From an uncultured Roseburia sp. (GTDB lineage Bacteria > Bacillota > Clostridia > Lachnospirales > Lachnospiraceae), in contig CANDCP010000002.1 in NCBI GenBank assembly GCA_947383215.1, positions 7,568 to 71,567 of the forward strand: 64,000 bases of DNA. The letters are read 5' to 3'. Positions within the stretch are counted from its first letter, which is position 1; each line of letters starts with the position of its first letter. Both the position numbers and the translations under genes were made by a program. Under the pieces are notes generated by a model that ran no database searches, was not told the DNA's origin, and saw nothing but the letters and a program-made list of their open reading frames with translations. Below are positions 55,826-63,883 of the stretch, piece after piece.

Positions 55826-56110
55826 ATGGGTAAAACTATGAATAAGGAGATGGGGATTGCGGCAATACTTGCCATCTGTATTGTCGTGCTGTGTATCGGG
55901 ATGATGAAACAGAAGGCAGAAGTTCTGCTTAATTTTGCAGTGCGCGTTGTGGTCGGGGCCGCGGCGGTATATTTTACGAATGATGTTTTGGCGGCGCAGG
56001 GAAGCGGGATAGCGCTTGGAATCAATCCTGCGAGTTTGTTGACGATCGGTGTGCTGGGTGCGGGCGGATACGGGCTCCTATATGGCATTATGATTTATCA
56101 GTCCTTCTAA
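55826..56110 (+). CDS. bofA: Pro-sigma-K processing inhibitor BofA-family protein
   Basis: Two-TM protein with GIALGINPASLLTIGVLGAGGYGLLYGI, typical of BofA. Confidence 0.7.
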   Translation: MGKTMNKEMGIAAILAICIVVLCIGMMKQKAEVLLNFAVRVVVGAAAVYFTNDVLAAQGSGIALGINPASLLTIGVLGAGGYGLLYGIMIYQSF

Positions 56111-56138
56111 AAGTTTATAAAACTTTCCCCAAACGACA

Positions 56139-56167
56139 TGGTCAAGGGGCGAAAAATGGGATATAAT
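56139..56167 (+). promoter_or_regulatory. Possible sigma-A promoter ahead of the Tad-like locus
   Basis: tggtca - 17 nt - tataat. The -35 element is weak. Confidence 0.3.
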
Positions 56168-56215
56168 GCAATTACAAAAGAGAGGTGATGAATTGGGGGA
56201 ATCATTCGGTTTATA

Positions 56216-56707
56216 TTGTTGTCCGTGTTGTTGGCGGCGGCGGTAAGCGATATCAGAACGGGCAGGATCAGTAATCAGCTGATTTTTGCGGGCCTGAGTT
56301 TCGGCATAATTTTCCGTGTATGGAATATGGGGGCGTTCGGTATCGCGGTATTTATAATTCATATTACAATTCCGGTTATTCTATTTTCAGTATTATTTCT
56401 TATGCGTGTCCTTGGGGCAGGCGATATCAAATTATTTTCCGTAATCAGCAGTGTCTGTACTTATCAACAATTATTTTACTGTATTGTGGCGTCGTTCCTG
56501 GCAGGAGCGGTTCTGGCGCTTTTAAAAACCGGCGGTTTCAAAAAACTGCGGGTCCGTATCTTATATTTCACTCTTTATGTGACAGATGTGATAAGGGAAA
56601 GAAAGATTATTCCGTATCCGTATATCTTTGGGCACAGAGAGGAGACAATTCCGTTTTCCGCAGCAATTTTGCTGGGGTATCTAATCAGTCTGGGGGGCTG
56701 TCGTTGA
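56216..56707 (+). CDS. A24-family prepilin peptidase (CpaA/TadV-like), copy 1
   Basis: TTG start as given in the ORF track. Two catalytic-Asp contexts: AAAVSDIRTGRISN and LGAGDIKLF. Polytopic membrane protein. Confidence 0.75.
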   Translation: MLSVLLAAAVSDIRTGRISNQLIFAGLSFGIIFRVWNMGAFGIAVFIIHITIPVILFSVLFLMRVLGAGDIKLFSVISSVCTYQQLFYCIVASFLAGAVLALLKTGGFKKLRVRILYFTLYVTDVIRERKIIPYPYIFGHREETIPFSAAILLGYLISLGGCR

Positions 56708-57708
56708 GAAAAATCAATCTTATTATTTTAGAAGAGGAAGAAGAATATGCCAGAAAGCTGGCGCTTGGAATCAGGCGGAGGGAAGGAGGAAAACTGGAGG
56801 CTGTTTGGTATGGCGACAGAGAAAGTTTTCTGGCGGCTGAAAAAGAGGCAGATTTAATTTTGCTTGGGGAAGAGTTTCAGGAAAAGGAGTTCATAGAAAA
56901 TCTTGTGATGGCGGGAGGCAGTAAAAGAGTCGCTTTGCTTGCGCAGGAGTACATAAAAAGAGAGTTGACAGGATATCCGGTCATCTTGAAGTTTCAATCT
57001 CTGGAACAGATTATAAGCGGAATTTACCGTGTGGCTGCGCAAAATGAAAAAGACGATATCGTGCGTCCGGGAATGAAAAAAGAGATTATTGGCGTTTATG
57101 CGCCATGGAGCTACGAGATTTCCGTGTTGTTTTCCAGCCTGATGTCGAGAATTTTAGCGGAGGAAAAGCGATTATTGTATGTCAGTCTGGCGGAAGGCTG
57201 CTTCGGCGCGCGGCAGGAGGAAGATCTGGCGGATCTGATCAGTTTTTTGCGCGCGGGAAGAGGAAACGCCCAGACGCGTCTGCGGAGTATTTTAAGGAAA
57301 AACGGAAAGGTTCATTATCTTCCGGCGATGGGCAATCCGCAGAATATATGGGATATGTCGGGAGAAGATTACGAAAGGCTGTGGACGGCGCTGTATGAGG
57401 ATCCGGATCATGACGCCGTGTTGTTTGAATTCGGGGCGGCGTATGAAGGAGTTTACGAGGATATGGACCGCTGCGTTAAAATTTATTGTCCGTATCAGGA
57501 GGTTTTCCGGGACGGACCGCAGCGGCAGATTGGGCAGATTGTCCGCCTTTATGACAAAAAGGAGCTGGAAGATAAGGTGGAGTATGTGAGGATGCCGTAT
57601 ATCAAAAGGGAGGGAGGCATGGCGGATGAGTGGAATGAAAGCCTTGTATCGGAACTTTTATACAGTGAGTTAGGGGATAAGCTTCGGGGGAATTGGCATG
57701 GAAGATGA
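56704..57708 (+). CDS. TadZ/CpaE-like pilus assembly protein with a degenerate P-loop
   Basis: The proposed TTG start overlaps the upstream stop (TTGA). N-terminal receiver-like segment (INLIILEEEEEYARKL...ADLILLG), then a MinD/ParA-like region. In that region the Walker A position reads GVYAPWSYE, with no GKT/S. Confidence 0.5.
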   Translation: MRKINLIILEEEEEYARKLALGIRRREGGKLEAVWYGDRESFLAAEKEADLILLGEEFQEKEFIENLVMAGGSKRVALLAQEYIKRELTGYPVILKFQSLEQIISGIYRVAAQNEKDDIVRPGMKKEIIGVYAPWSYEISVLFSSLMSRILAEEKRLLYVSLAEGCFGARQEEDLADLISFLRAGRGNAQTRLRSILRKNGKVHYLPAMGNPQNIWDMSGEDYERLWTALYEDPDHDAVLFEFGAAYEGVYEDMDRCVKIYCPYQEVFRDGPQRQIGQIVRLYDKKELEDKVEYVRMPYIKREGGMADEWNESLVSELLYSELGDKLRGNWHGR

Positions 57709-58930
57709 ATTGGAATTAATGCGGGAGAGGATCTTAAAACGGCTGGACGCGTCGCGTCAGACGACGGACGGCGAGCTTGAGAAGATGATAGAGGAAGAGC
57801 TTGTGATAAAAAGCCATGAGTCCGCAATGTCTTTGGCCAGACGCGAATATTGTGAAAAGGAGCTGTTCAATTCCATGCGAAAGCTGGACGTAGTACAGGA
57901 GCTGATAGAAGACGAGACGGTGACGGAAATTCTGATCAACGGAAGCCGCAATATTTTTTATGAGAGAGAAGGAGAGCTGTATCGTTTTGACAGGGCGTTT
58001 GCTTCCGAGCGAAAGCTGGCGGACCTGATACAGCAGATTGTGGGCAAAAGCAACCGTATGGTGAACGAGGCCTCGCCGATTGTGGACGCGCGGCTTGAGG
58101 ACGGATCAAGAGTGAACGTTGTGCTTGCCCCGGTTTCCATAGACGGTTCTGCGGTGTCAATCCGCAAATTTCCTTCAAAGCCGCTTACAATGAAGAGCCT
58201 CATAGAACGGAAAACACTCTCAGAGGAGGTGGCAGGTTATCTGGGGCTGCTTACAAAGTCGGGCTATAATATTTTTATTTCAGGGAGCACCGGGAGCGGA
58301 AAGACGACGTTTTTAAATGCGCTCTCGGAATTTATACCGGAAGATGAGCGCGTAATCACGATCGAGGATTCCGCCGAGCTTCAGATAAAGGGAGTAAAAA
58401 ATCTGGTGCGCCTGGAAACAAGGGACGGGAGGACAGGGGAGGCGGCAGCGATTGCCGTCCGTGATCTGATACGCACTGCGCTGCGCATGAGGCCGGACAG
58501 AATTGTGGTTGGGGAGTGCCGGGGGGAGGAGGCGCTCGACATGCTTCAGGCCATGAATACCGGCCACGACGGGAGTTTAAGCACCGGCCATGCAAATAGC
58601 GGCAGAGACATGATAAATCGCCTGGAAACGATGGTGCTGATGGGCATAGAGCTTCCGATCGGCGCTATTCGGGGGCAGATTGCGTCGGGAATTGACATTC
58701 TGGTACACCTTGGCAGACTGCGCGACGGAAGCAGAAAGGTTATGGAAGTGCTGGAGCTTGAGGGGGTAGAGACGGGGGAAATTGTAACCCGCAGCCTGTT
58801 TCAATTTGTCGAGGAGTGTGAAAGGGGCAGAGCGGTATTGGGGCGTTGGATAAAATGCGAAACGCTTTTACATCGGGACAAGCTGATTGCTGCGGGATTT
58901 TTAAAGGAGCTGGAAAAGTATGAATTATGA
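57698..58930 (+). CDS. CpaF/TadA-family secretion ATPase
   Basis: Walker A GSTGSGKTT, ITIEDSAELQ, Walker B/His box RPDRIVVGECRGEEA and GHDGSLSTGHAN. Confidence 0.9.
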   Translation: MEDELELMRERILKRLDASRQTTDGELEKMIEEELVIKSHESAMSLARREYCEKELFNSMRKLDVVQELIEDETVTEILINGSRNIFYEREGELYRFDRAFASERKLADLIQQIVGKSNRMVNEASPIVDARLEDGSRVNVVLAPVSIDGSAVSIRKFPSKPLTMKSLIERKTLSEEVAGYLGLLTKSGYNIFISGSTGSGKTTFLNALSEFIPEDERVITIEDSAELQIKGVKNLVRLETRDGRTGEAAAIAVRDLIRTALRMRPDRIVVGECRGEEALDMLQAMNTGHDGSLSTGHANSGRDMINRLETMVLMGIELPIGAIRGQIASGIDILVHLGRLRDGSRKVMEVLELEGVETGEIVTRSLFQFVEECERGRAVLGRWIKCETLLHRDKLIAAGFLKELEKYEL

Positions 58931-59657
58931 AACGTACCGTTTTAGCGCGTGGGAATTTGTGGGATATATGTTTTTTTATATTAGCCTGTCCGCGTGTCTG
59001 GCATGGATATTTTATCAGGATATCCGGGGAACGCTGTTGGCGTTTTTGCTCGTTCCGGCAGGAATGAAGCGAAAGCGAAGACAGCTTCAGATACAAAGGC
59101 AGAGGCGGCTTTCACTGCAGTTTAAGGACTGTATCCGCCTTGTGGCAAATGCCCTTGCGGCCGGCTATTCAATAGAAAACGCATGGAGGGAGGCGGAAGC
59201 GGATTTATGCAGAATGTATGGCAAAAACGCGGATATGTGTCTTGAATTGGCATATATCAATTCAAGAGTCAGACTGAATGAGACAATAGAAAGTTCTCTG
59301 GAGGATTTTGCCGGGCGGAGCGGATTAGAGGATGTAAATAATTTTTATCAGGTATTTGCGTTTGCAAAACGCGGCGGCGGAAATTTTGTGAGAATTATTG
59401 AAAGCTGTGCAAAACAGATCGGGGATAAGCGGGAAATCATGCGGGAAATAGAGACTGTGACGGCGTCAAAACGCTTAGAGCAAAAACTTATGAATGTAAT
59501 TCCGATTTTGCTGCTTGCCTATGTGGAAATTTCGTCTCCGGATTTTATGGAACCGTTATTTTGGAATCTGTTTGGCGTGTGTGTGATGAGCATATGTCTT
59601 TTGGTTTACGGGGCCGCATTTTTCATTTCGGAAAAAATAACAGAGATTGAGGTGTGA
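58920..59657 (+). CDS. TadB-like type II secretion system F-family membrane protein
   Basis: Overlaps the ATPase stop. N-terminal TM, cytoplasmic helical T2SSF-like domain, two C-terminal TM helices. Confidence 0.75.
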   Translation: MNYETYRFSAWEFVGYMFFYISLSACLAWIFYQDIRGTLLAFLLVPAGMKRKRRQLQIQRQRRLSLQFKDCIRLVANALAAGYSIENAWREAEADLCRMYGKNADMCLELAYINSRVRLNETIESSLEDFAGRSGLEDVNNFYQVFAFAKRGGGNFVRIIESCAKQIGDKREIMREIETVTASKRLEQKLMNVIPILLLAYVEISSPDFMEPLFWNLFGVCVMSICLLVYGAAFFISEKITEIEV

Positions 59658-59658
59658 T

Positions 59659-60867
59659 ATGAAACAGAAGCGGTACTATTTTTGTGTGGTTCTTATAACG
59701 CTGATTTTAGCCGCAGTGTCATTTTGGACGCAGGATGAATCGGTTTTGATTGAGGGAGGAAAGGTGGTCAGGGGGAGTCCCGGTGAGGGAGAGAAGGAAA
59801 TTTCACTGCGTTTAATCGCGCCGCAGCTCGGCGGGGACGAGACGTATCGGCTTACGGTGGGAGAGCGGGCGTGTACGAAGGAGGAGAGGGAGGCGCTGTT
59901 TCTTCGCGCGGTTGAGGAAATCGAAAGAGGATTTGCGGCTAAAGGCGAGAGCACAGAGCATATTACCAGGCGTGTGAATCTTATGGAGACATTGCAGGGC
60001 GGACGGATTGACGTGGAGTGGAGCGTGGGCGAACCCGCGGTGATTGCGCCGGACGGAAGTATTGAGAAGGAGTATGTAAAAGAGGAGGGGACATTGTCAA
60101 CGCTTCGCGCAAAATTAAGTTACAGAGGGTATGAATATCTTTATGAGTTTCCCGTCTGTGTTTATCCCGAAAAAATCGAGGGGATGGATGGAATAAAACA
60201 GGAGCTGCAACAGTATTTCGACGAAAAAGAACTTCTTGGAGAGGCGGAGCTTCAGCTGCCGCAAAGTCTGGCCGGATATGTGCTGAAATGGGCAAAAAAG
60301 AGGGAGCGGACGCCGTTGCTGATCTTAGGGCTGGGCGTAATCGCGTTATTTGCGGTTCGCTACGGCGCATACGAAGCGGAGATGAAAAAGAGGGTGAAAA
60401 GGCGCCGTGAGCTGGAGCGGGAATATCCCGTCATGGTATCGCAGTTTGCATTGATGGTCGGGGCGGGAATGACGATAAAATCGGCGTTTGAGAGGATTAC
60501 GGACCGGTATGTCAGACAGCCCGGGCTAAAAGGAAGCGCGCTGTATGAAGAAATGTTAGTGGTTCTGCATCAGATTTCAGACGGCGTGGGTGAGCGCAAA
60601 GCGTATGAGGAGTTTGCAGATCGCCTGGAACTGTCGTCTTATCGGAGATTTTCAATGATGTTGATTCAAAACCTGCAGAAAGGGGGCGACGGATTTGTGG
60701 AGATGCTTGAGAAGGAGGCGGATCATGCGTTTGAGCTGCGGAAAAATTATGCGAAGAAGAGAGGGGAGGAGGCGGGGACAAAGTTACTTTTGCCGATGAT
60801 GATGATGCTGTTTGTGATTATCGCAATTATGCTGATACCGGCATGTATGACAATGGAAATGTATTAA
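59659..60867 (+). CDS. TadC-like T2SSF-family membrane protein with an extra N-terminal extracytoplasmic domain
   Basis: ATG with a gaggtg RBS. TM helix, a roughly 200-aa domain, then a T2SSF-like region (YPVMVSQFALMVGAGMTIKSAFERI...) and a C-terminal TM helix. Confidence 0.7.
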   Translation: MKQKRYYFCVVLITLILAAVSFWTQDESVLIEGGKVVRGSPGEGEKEISLRLIAPQLGGDETYRLTVGERACTKEEREALFLRAVEEIERGFAAKGESTEHITRRVNLMETLQGGRIDVEWSVGEPAVIAPDGSIEKEYVKEEGTLSTLRAKLSYRGYEYLYEFPVCVYPEKIEGMDGIKQELQQYFDEKELLGEAELQLPQSLAGYVLKWAKKRERTPLLILGLGVIALFAVRYGAYEAEMKKRVKRRRELEREYPVMVSQFALMVGAGMTIKSAFERITDRYVRQPGLKGSALYEEMLVVLHQISDGVGERKAYEEFADRLELSSYRRFSMMLIQNLQKGGDGFVEMLEKEADHAFELRKNYAKKRGEEAGTKLLLPMMMMLFVIIAIMLIPACMTMEMY

Positions 60868-60880
60868 AAGGAGGAAGTTT

Positions 60881-61048
60881 ATGAGAGAAATAAAGCGTTT
60901 TGTATCAGAGGAAGACGGAATGGCCGTTGTAGAGGTCGTGCTTATCGTTGTGGTTTTGATTGCGTTGGTAATCCTTTTTAAGACCAAAATTACAAAGCTT
61001 GTAAATGATATTTTTGCGACGATCAGCTCAAGAGCGGCGGGTATTTAG
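60881..61048 (+). CDS. Flp-family type IVb pilin (55 aa), not in the ORF track
   Basis: aaaggagg RBS 7-8 nt upstream. Translation: MREIKRFVSEEDG|MAVVEVVLIVVVLIALVILFKTKITKLVNDIFATISSRAAGI. It has Gly at -1, Glu at +5 and a hydrophobic helix. Confidence 0.75.
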   Translation: MREIKRFVSEEDGMAVVEVVLIVVVLIALVILFKTKITKLVNDIFATISSRAAGI

Positions 61049-61052
61049 CGTT

Positions 61053-62573
61053 ATGCGCCGTTTAAAGGGCAGCAGCAGTGTGTTTTTTGCACTGCTACTG
61101 CTGCTGGTATCCTCTTTTGTCTTTGTATTGCTGGAGGGGGCGAGGTCAGAGGGATTAAAAAGCTGCGCGAGACAAAACGCGGAACTAGTGAACGAGTCGC
61201 TTTTGGCGGGTTATGTGAGGCCGCTGTGGGAGCGGTATCATCTGTTTCTTATGGATTGCGCCGGTGAAGATGGGAATCTGGATGCGTCGCGGATAGAGGG
61301 GGCGGCACTGGCTTTATCGGAACAGAACCTGAAAAAAGACGATGAAGGCGGCAAAGATTACAGGATGTTTTATCTGGAAGCCGAGAATGCTCTGATGGAG
61401 GGGTATTCGCTTGTGACGGATCATGGGGGGATGGACTTTTTTTCCCTGGCGTCAGATTACATGAAAGAGGCGATTGCCTGGGAGGCGGCAAAAACCTTAT
61501 ATGGGAAGCTGGAAGAGGCGGGGAAGGTAAAAGAGACGGCGGGCGATGTGGAGAAAATAGCAAAGGATGCAAAGCGAGAAATAGAGGCGGCGAAACAAAG
61601 GGAAGAGGAGGAAGGGAAAAAGAGTGTAAAGCGCGTAAATAGGGCGAAAGCGCAGGAGGCCGCGTCAGGCGAAACGGGGGAAAATCCGCTGGATTATATC
61701 GGAAAATGGAGAAGTGTGGGGATGCTTGTCCTGATAGGGGCGGACGCGGATAAAATTTCGGATAAGGCAATTGACAGGGATACCGTTCTGGAAAAACGCG
61801 AGAAAAATAAGGGGAATATGGAGATTGAGCAAAAAAGAGGGTGGTACGAGGACGTTTTATTTCAGGAATACGTTATGAAATATTTTGCATCATATCAAAA
61901 TCCTTTCGAACAGCAAAGCGGGCATGTTCTGGATTACGAGGCGGAGTATATAATCGCCGGGAAGGCGTCGGATCGGGAAAATCTTGTATCTGTGTGCGAA
62001 AGGATCCTGCTTATACGCGAGGCCGCAAACTATATTTATTTGCAGACGGACGCGGCGAAGTGCGCCGAGGCGCTTTCGGCTGCTACGCTGCTCGCCGGTT
62101 TTAGCGGAAATCCGCTTTTAGTAAAAGGGGTGCAGCAGGCAATTCTTGCAGTGTGGGCTTTTGCGGAAAGCGTATCGGATGTTAAGAGCCTTTTGGCGGG
62201 GGAAAGCATACCGCTTATAAAGACGGCGGCCGACTGGTCGACCGATGTGGGAGCGCTGAGTGAAAAGCAGCAGTTTGTGAAGGCGAAGAAATGTGAAACA
62301 GGGCTTTCTTACCGGGATTATCTTCGGATACTTTTGTTTATGACGGAGAAGAAAAAAGTATGTCTTCGGTCGATGAGTCTGATTGAACAGAATATAAGAA
62401 AAGAAGAGGGATATGATGAACTGCGTATGGACTGTATGCTGCACAGTTTTTCTATGGAATATACTTACCGAAGCAGGCCGCTGTTCTTATCGTTTGCGGT
62501 TGTCGGGGGGAGGAAAGATATGGATTACGAATGGAGTTACGGCAGGAAAGCGTCGTATCTTACGGGGGATTGA
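61053..62573 (+). CDS. Membrane-anchored Tad-locus protein (pseudopilin/TadG-like?), unknown function
   Basis: Internal ATG (MRRLKGSSSVFFALLLLLVSSFVFVLL) lies 4 nt after the pilin stop. One N-terminal TM helix and a large extracytoplasmic domain. Confidence 0.6.
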   Translation: MRRLKGSSSVFFALLLLLVSSFVFVLLEGARSEGLKSCARQNAELVNESLLAGYVRPLWERYHLFLMDCAGEDGNLDASRIEGAALALSEQNLKKDDEGGKDYRMFYLEAENALMEGYSLVTDHGGMDFFSLASDYMKEAIAWEAAKTLYGKLEEAGKVKETAGDVEKIAKDAKREIEAAKQREEEEGKKSVKRVNRAKAQEAASGETGENPLDYIGKWRSVGMLVLIGADADKISDKAIDRDTVLEKREKNKGNMEIEQKRGWYEDVLFQEYVMKYFASYQNPFEQQSGHVLDYEAEYIIAGKASDRENLVSVCERILLIREAANYIYLQTDAAKCAEALSAATLLAGFSGNPLLVKGVQQAILAVWAFAESVSDVKSLLAGESIPLIKTAADWSTDVGALSEKQQFVKAKKCETGLSYRDYLRILLFMTEKKKVCLRSMSLIEQNIRKEEGYDELRMDCMLHSFSMEYTYRSRPLFLSFAVVGGRKDMDYEWSYGRKASYLTGD

Positions 62574-62678
62574 GGATGCGGGCGGGAAAGGTGGTGCAAA
62601 ACGGTGTCTCCGAAGAATGATATACATAAGAATAAAAATAAAATAAAAAACTCTCTCACACTTATCAAAGGGCTGAAT

Positions 62679-63473
62679 ATGCCGTTATTCTCCAGAAATA
62701 AGGAGGCATCGTTTTGCGCTTCTTCTTCCGCCTCGTTTACAGTAGAAGCGGCGATAAGCGTTCCCGTGTTTTTGTGTTATTTCGCGGCGGTTTTATTTTT
62801 CTTTCAGGTTATGAAAATACAGATGAAGGTGCAGGATGCGCTAAATTATACCGGCAGAGTCTTGTCGGAATACGCTTGTACAGAAAGTGAGGATATGGCG
62901 GGGACGGCGGTGGGCAAGACGTCGGCAGGAATCTTGCTGAGCGGAAAATTAAACAGAGAAAAAGCGAACCTTGCATATATAGAGGGCGGTATTTCCGGTA
63001 TTCGTCTTTGGAAAACCAAGTTCAAAGGGGAATTTATTGAGCTGCACGCAGTGTACCGGATAAAGGTTCCGACAGGTATGTTTGGAAATATAGCTTTGCC
63101 GGTAAGACAGCATGTAAAAGCGCGGAAGTGGACCGGGAGGAATGTCTCGGACGGGGAGGAGAGCGAAATATGGGTTTATATTACGAAAAATGGCAGGGTA
63201 TACCACAGAACAAAAAAGTGTTCGTACCTGGATTTGACGATTCGCGGGGTTTCTCCGGATGAGGTCGCCGGTTTGAGAAATAAGTCGGGGGCAAAATATA
63301 AACCGTGTAAAAAATGCGCAAAGTCCGCGTATACATACGTTTATATCACGGATTACGGGGATTCGTATCACGGGGATTTGGGCTGCGGCGGTCTAAAGCG
63401 CAGTATTTACAGGATAAAGATATCGGAAGTGGGCGATAAAAAAGCTTGCGTGAAATGCGGAGGAGAAAAATGA
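62679..63473 (+). CDS. TadE-like pseudopilin fused to two tandem His/Cys3 modules
   Basis: N-terminal SASFTVEAAISVPVFLCYF (TadE-type). The C-terminus carries two copies of VYITxxGxxYHxxxxCxxL...CxKC. Confidence 0.65.
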   Translation: MPLFSRNKEASFCASSSASFTVEAAISVPVFLCYFAAVLFFFQVMKIQMKVQDALNYTGRVLSEYACTESEDMAGTAVGKTSAGILLSGKLNREKANLAYIEGGISGIRLWKTKFKGEFIELHAVYRIKVPTGMFGNIALPVRQHVKARKWTGRNVSDGEESEIWVYITKNGRVYHRTKKCSYLDLTIRGVSPDEVAGLRNKSGAKYKPCKKCAKSAYTYVYITDYGDSYHGDLGCGGLKRSIYRIKISEVGDKKACVKCGGEK

Positions 63474-63883
63474 TTCAATCATATACATTGTTGGGAATGC
63501 TCGGATGGTGTTCGCTTGAGGATATAAAGAAAAAACAGGTAAAAGTTTATCCGATTCTGATGTTTGGAATCGCAGGGGTATTTTTACACCTGTATTACAG
63601 GAATCTGTCTATATACAGCTTGTTTGCAGGCGTATTTTTAGGCGTGGCGCTTTTGCTGCTTGCCGCGGTTACCGGGCAGATTGGAACGGGAGACGGTCTG
63701 GTGCTGTTGGTGTGCGGAATTTATCTCGGATTTAGGGAAAACGCAAGGCTGTTATTCCATGGACTTTTGTTCTGCGGAGTATGGTCGGGGTTTCTGCTCT
63801 TACTGAAAAAGAAAAAGCGAAAGGATGAGATTGCGTTTGTCCCGTTTTTGTTTTTGGCTTACATGGAGATGATGTTTTTATGA
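63470..63883 (+). CDS. A24-family prepilin peptidase-like protein, copy 2
   Basis: ATGA overlap with the upstream gene. Asp contexts CSLEDIKKKQV and GTGDGLVLLV. Four to five TM helices. Confidence 0.65.
   Translation: MIQSYTLLGMLGWCSLEDIKKKQVKVYPILMFGIAGVFLHLYYRNLSIYSLFAGVFLGVALLLLAAVTGQIGTGDGLVLLVCGIYLGFRENARLLFHGLLFCGVWSGFLLLLKKKKRKDEIAFVPFLFLAYMEMMFL

Noticed and set aside
56111-56215. A search by eye for c-di-GMP (GEMM-I/II) riboswitches in the leaders of the Tad locus, flagellin (53473-53597) and the large acidic gene (50229-50421).
   Set aside because: I could find no conserved GEMM core segments or paired tetraloop/receptor hairpins, and the leaders are short. A covariance-model scan would be needed to exclude them formally.
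56320-56703. The N-terminal 128 codons of track ORF 56320-57708, overlapping the A24 peptidase gene.
   Set aside because: This frame overlaps the polytopic peptidase gene and translates to an implausible sequence. The recognisable receiver-like domain begins at the TTG at 56704, which overlaps the peptidase stop.
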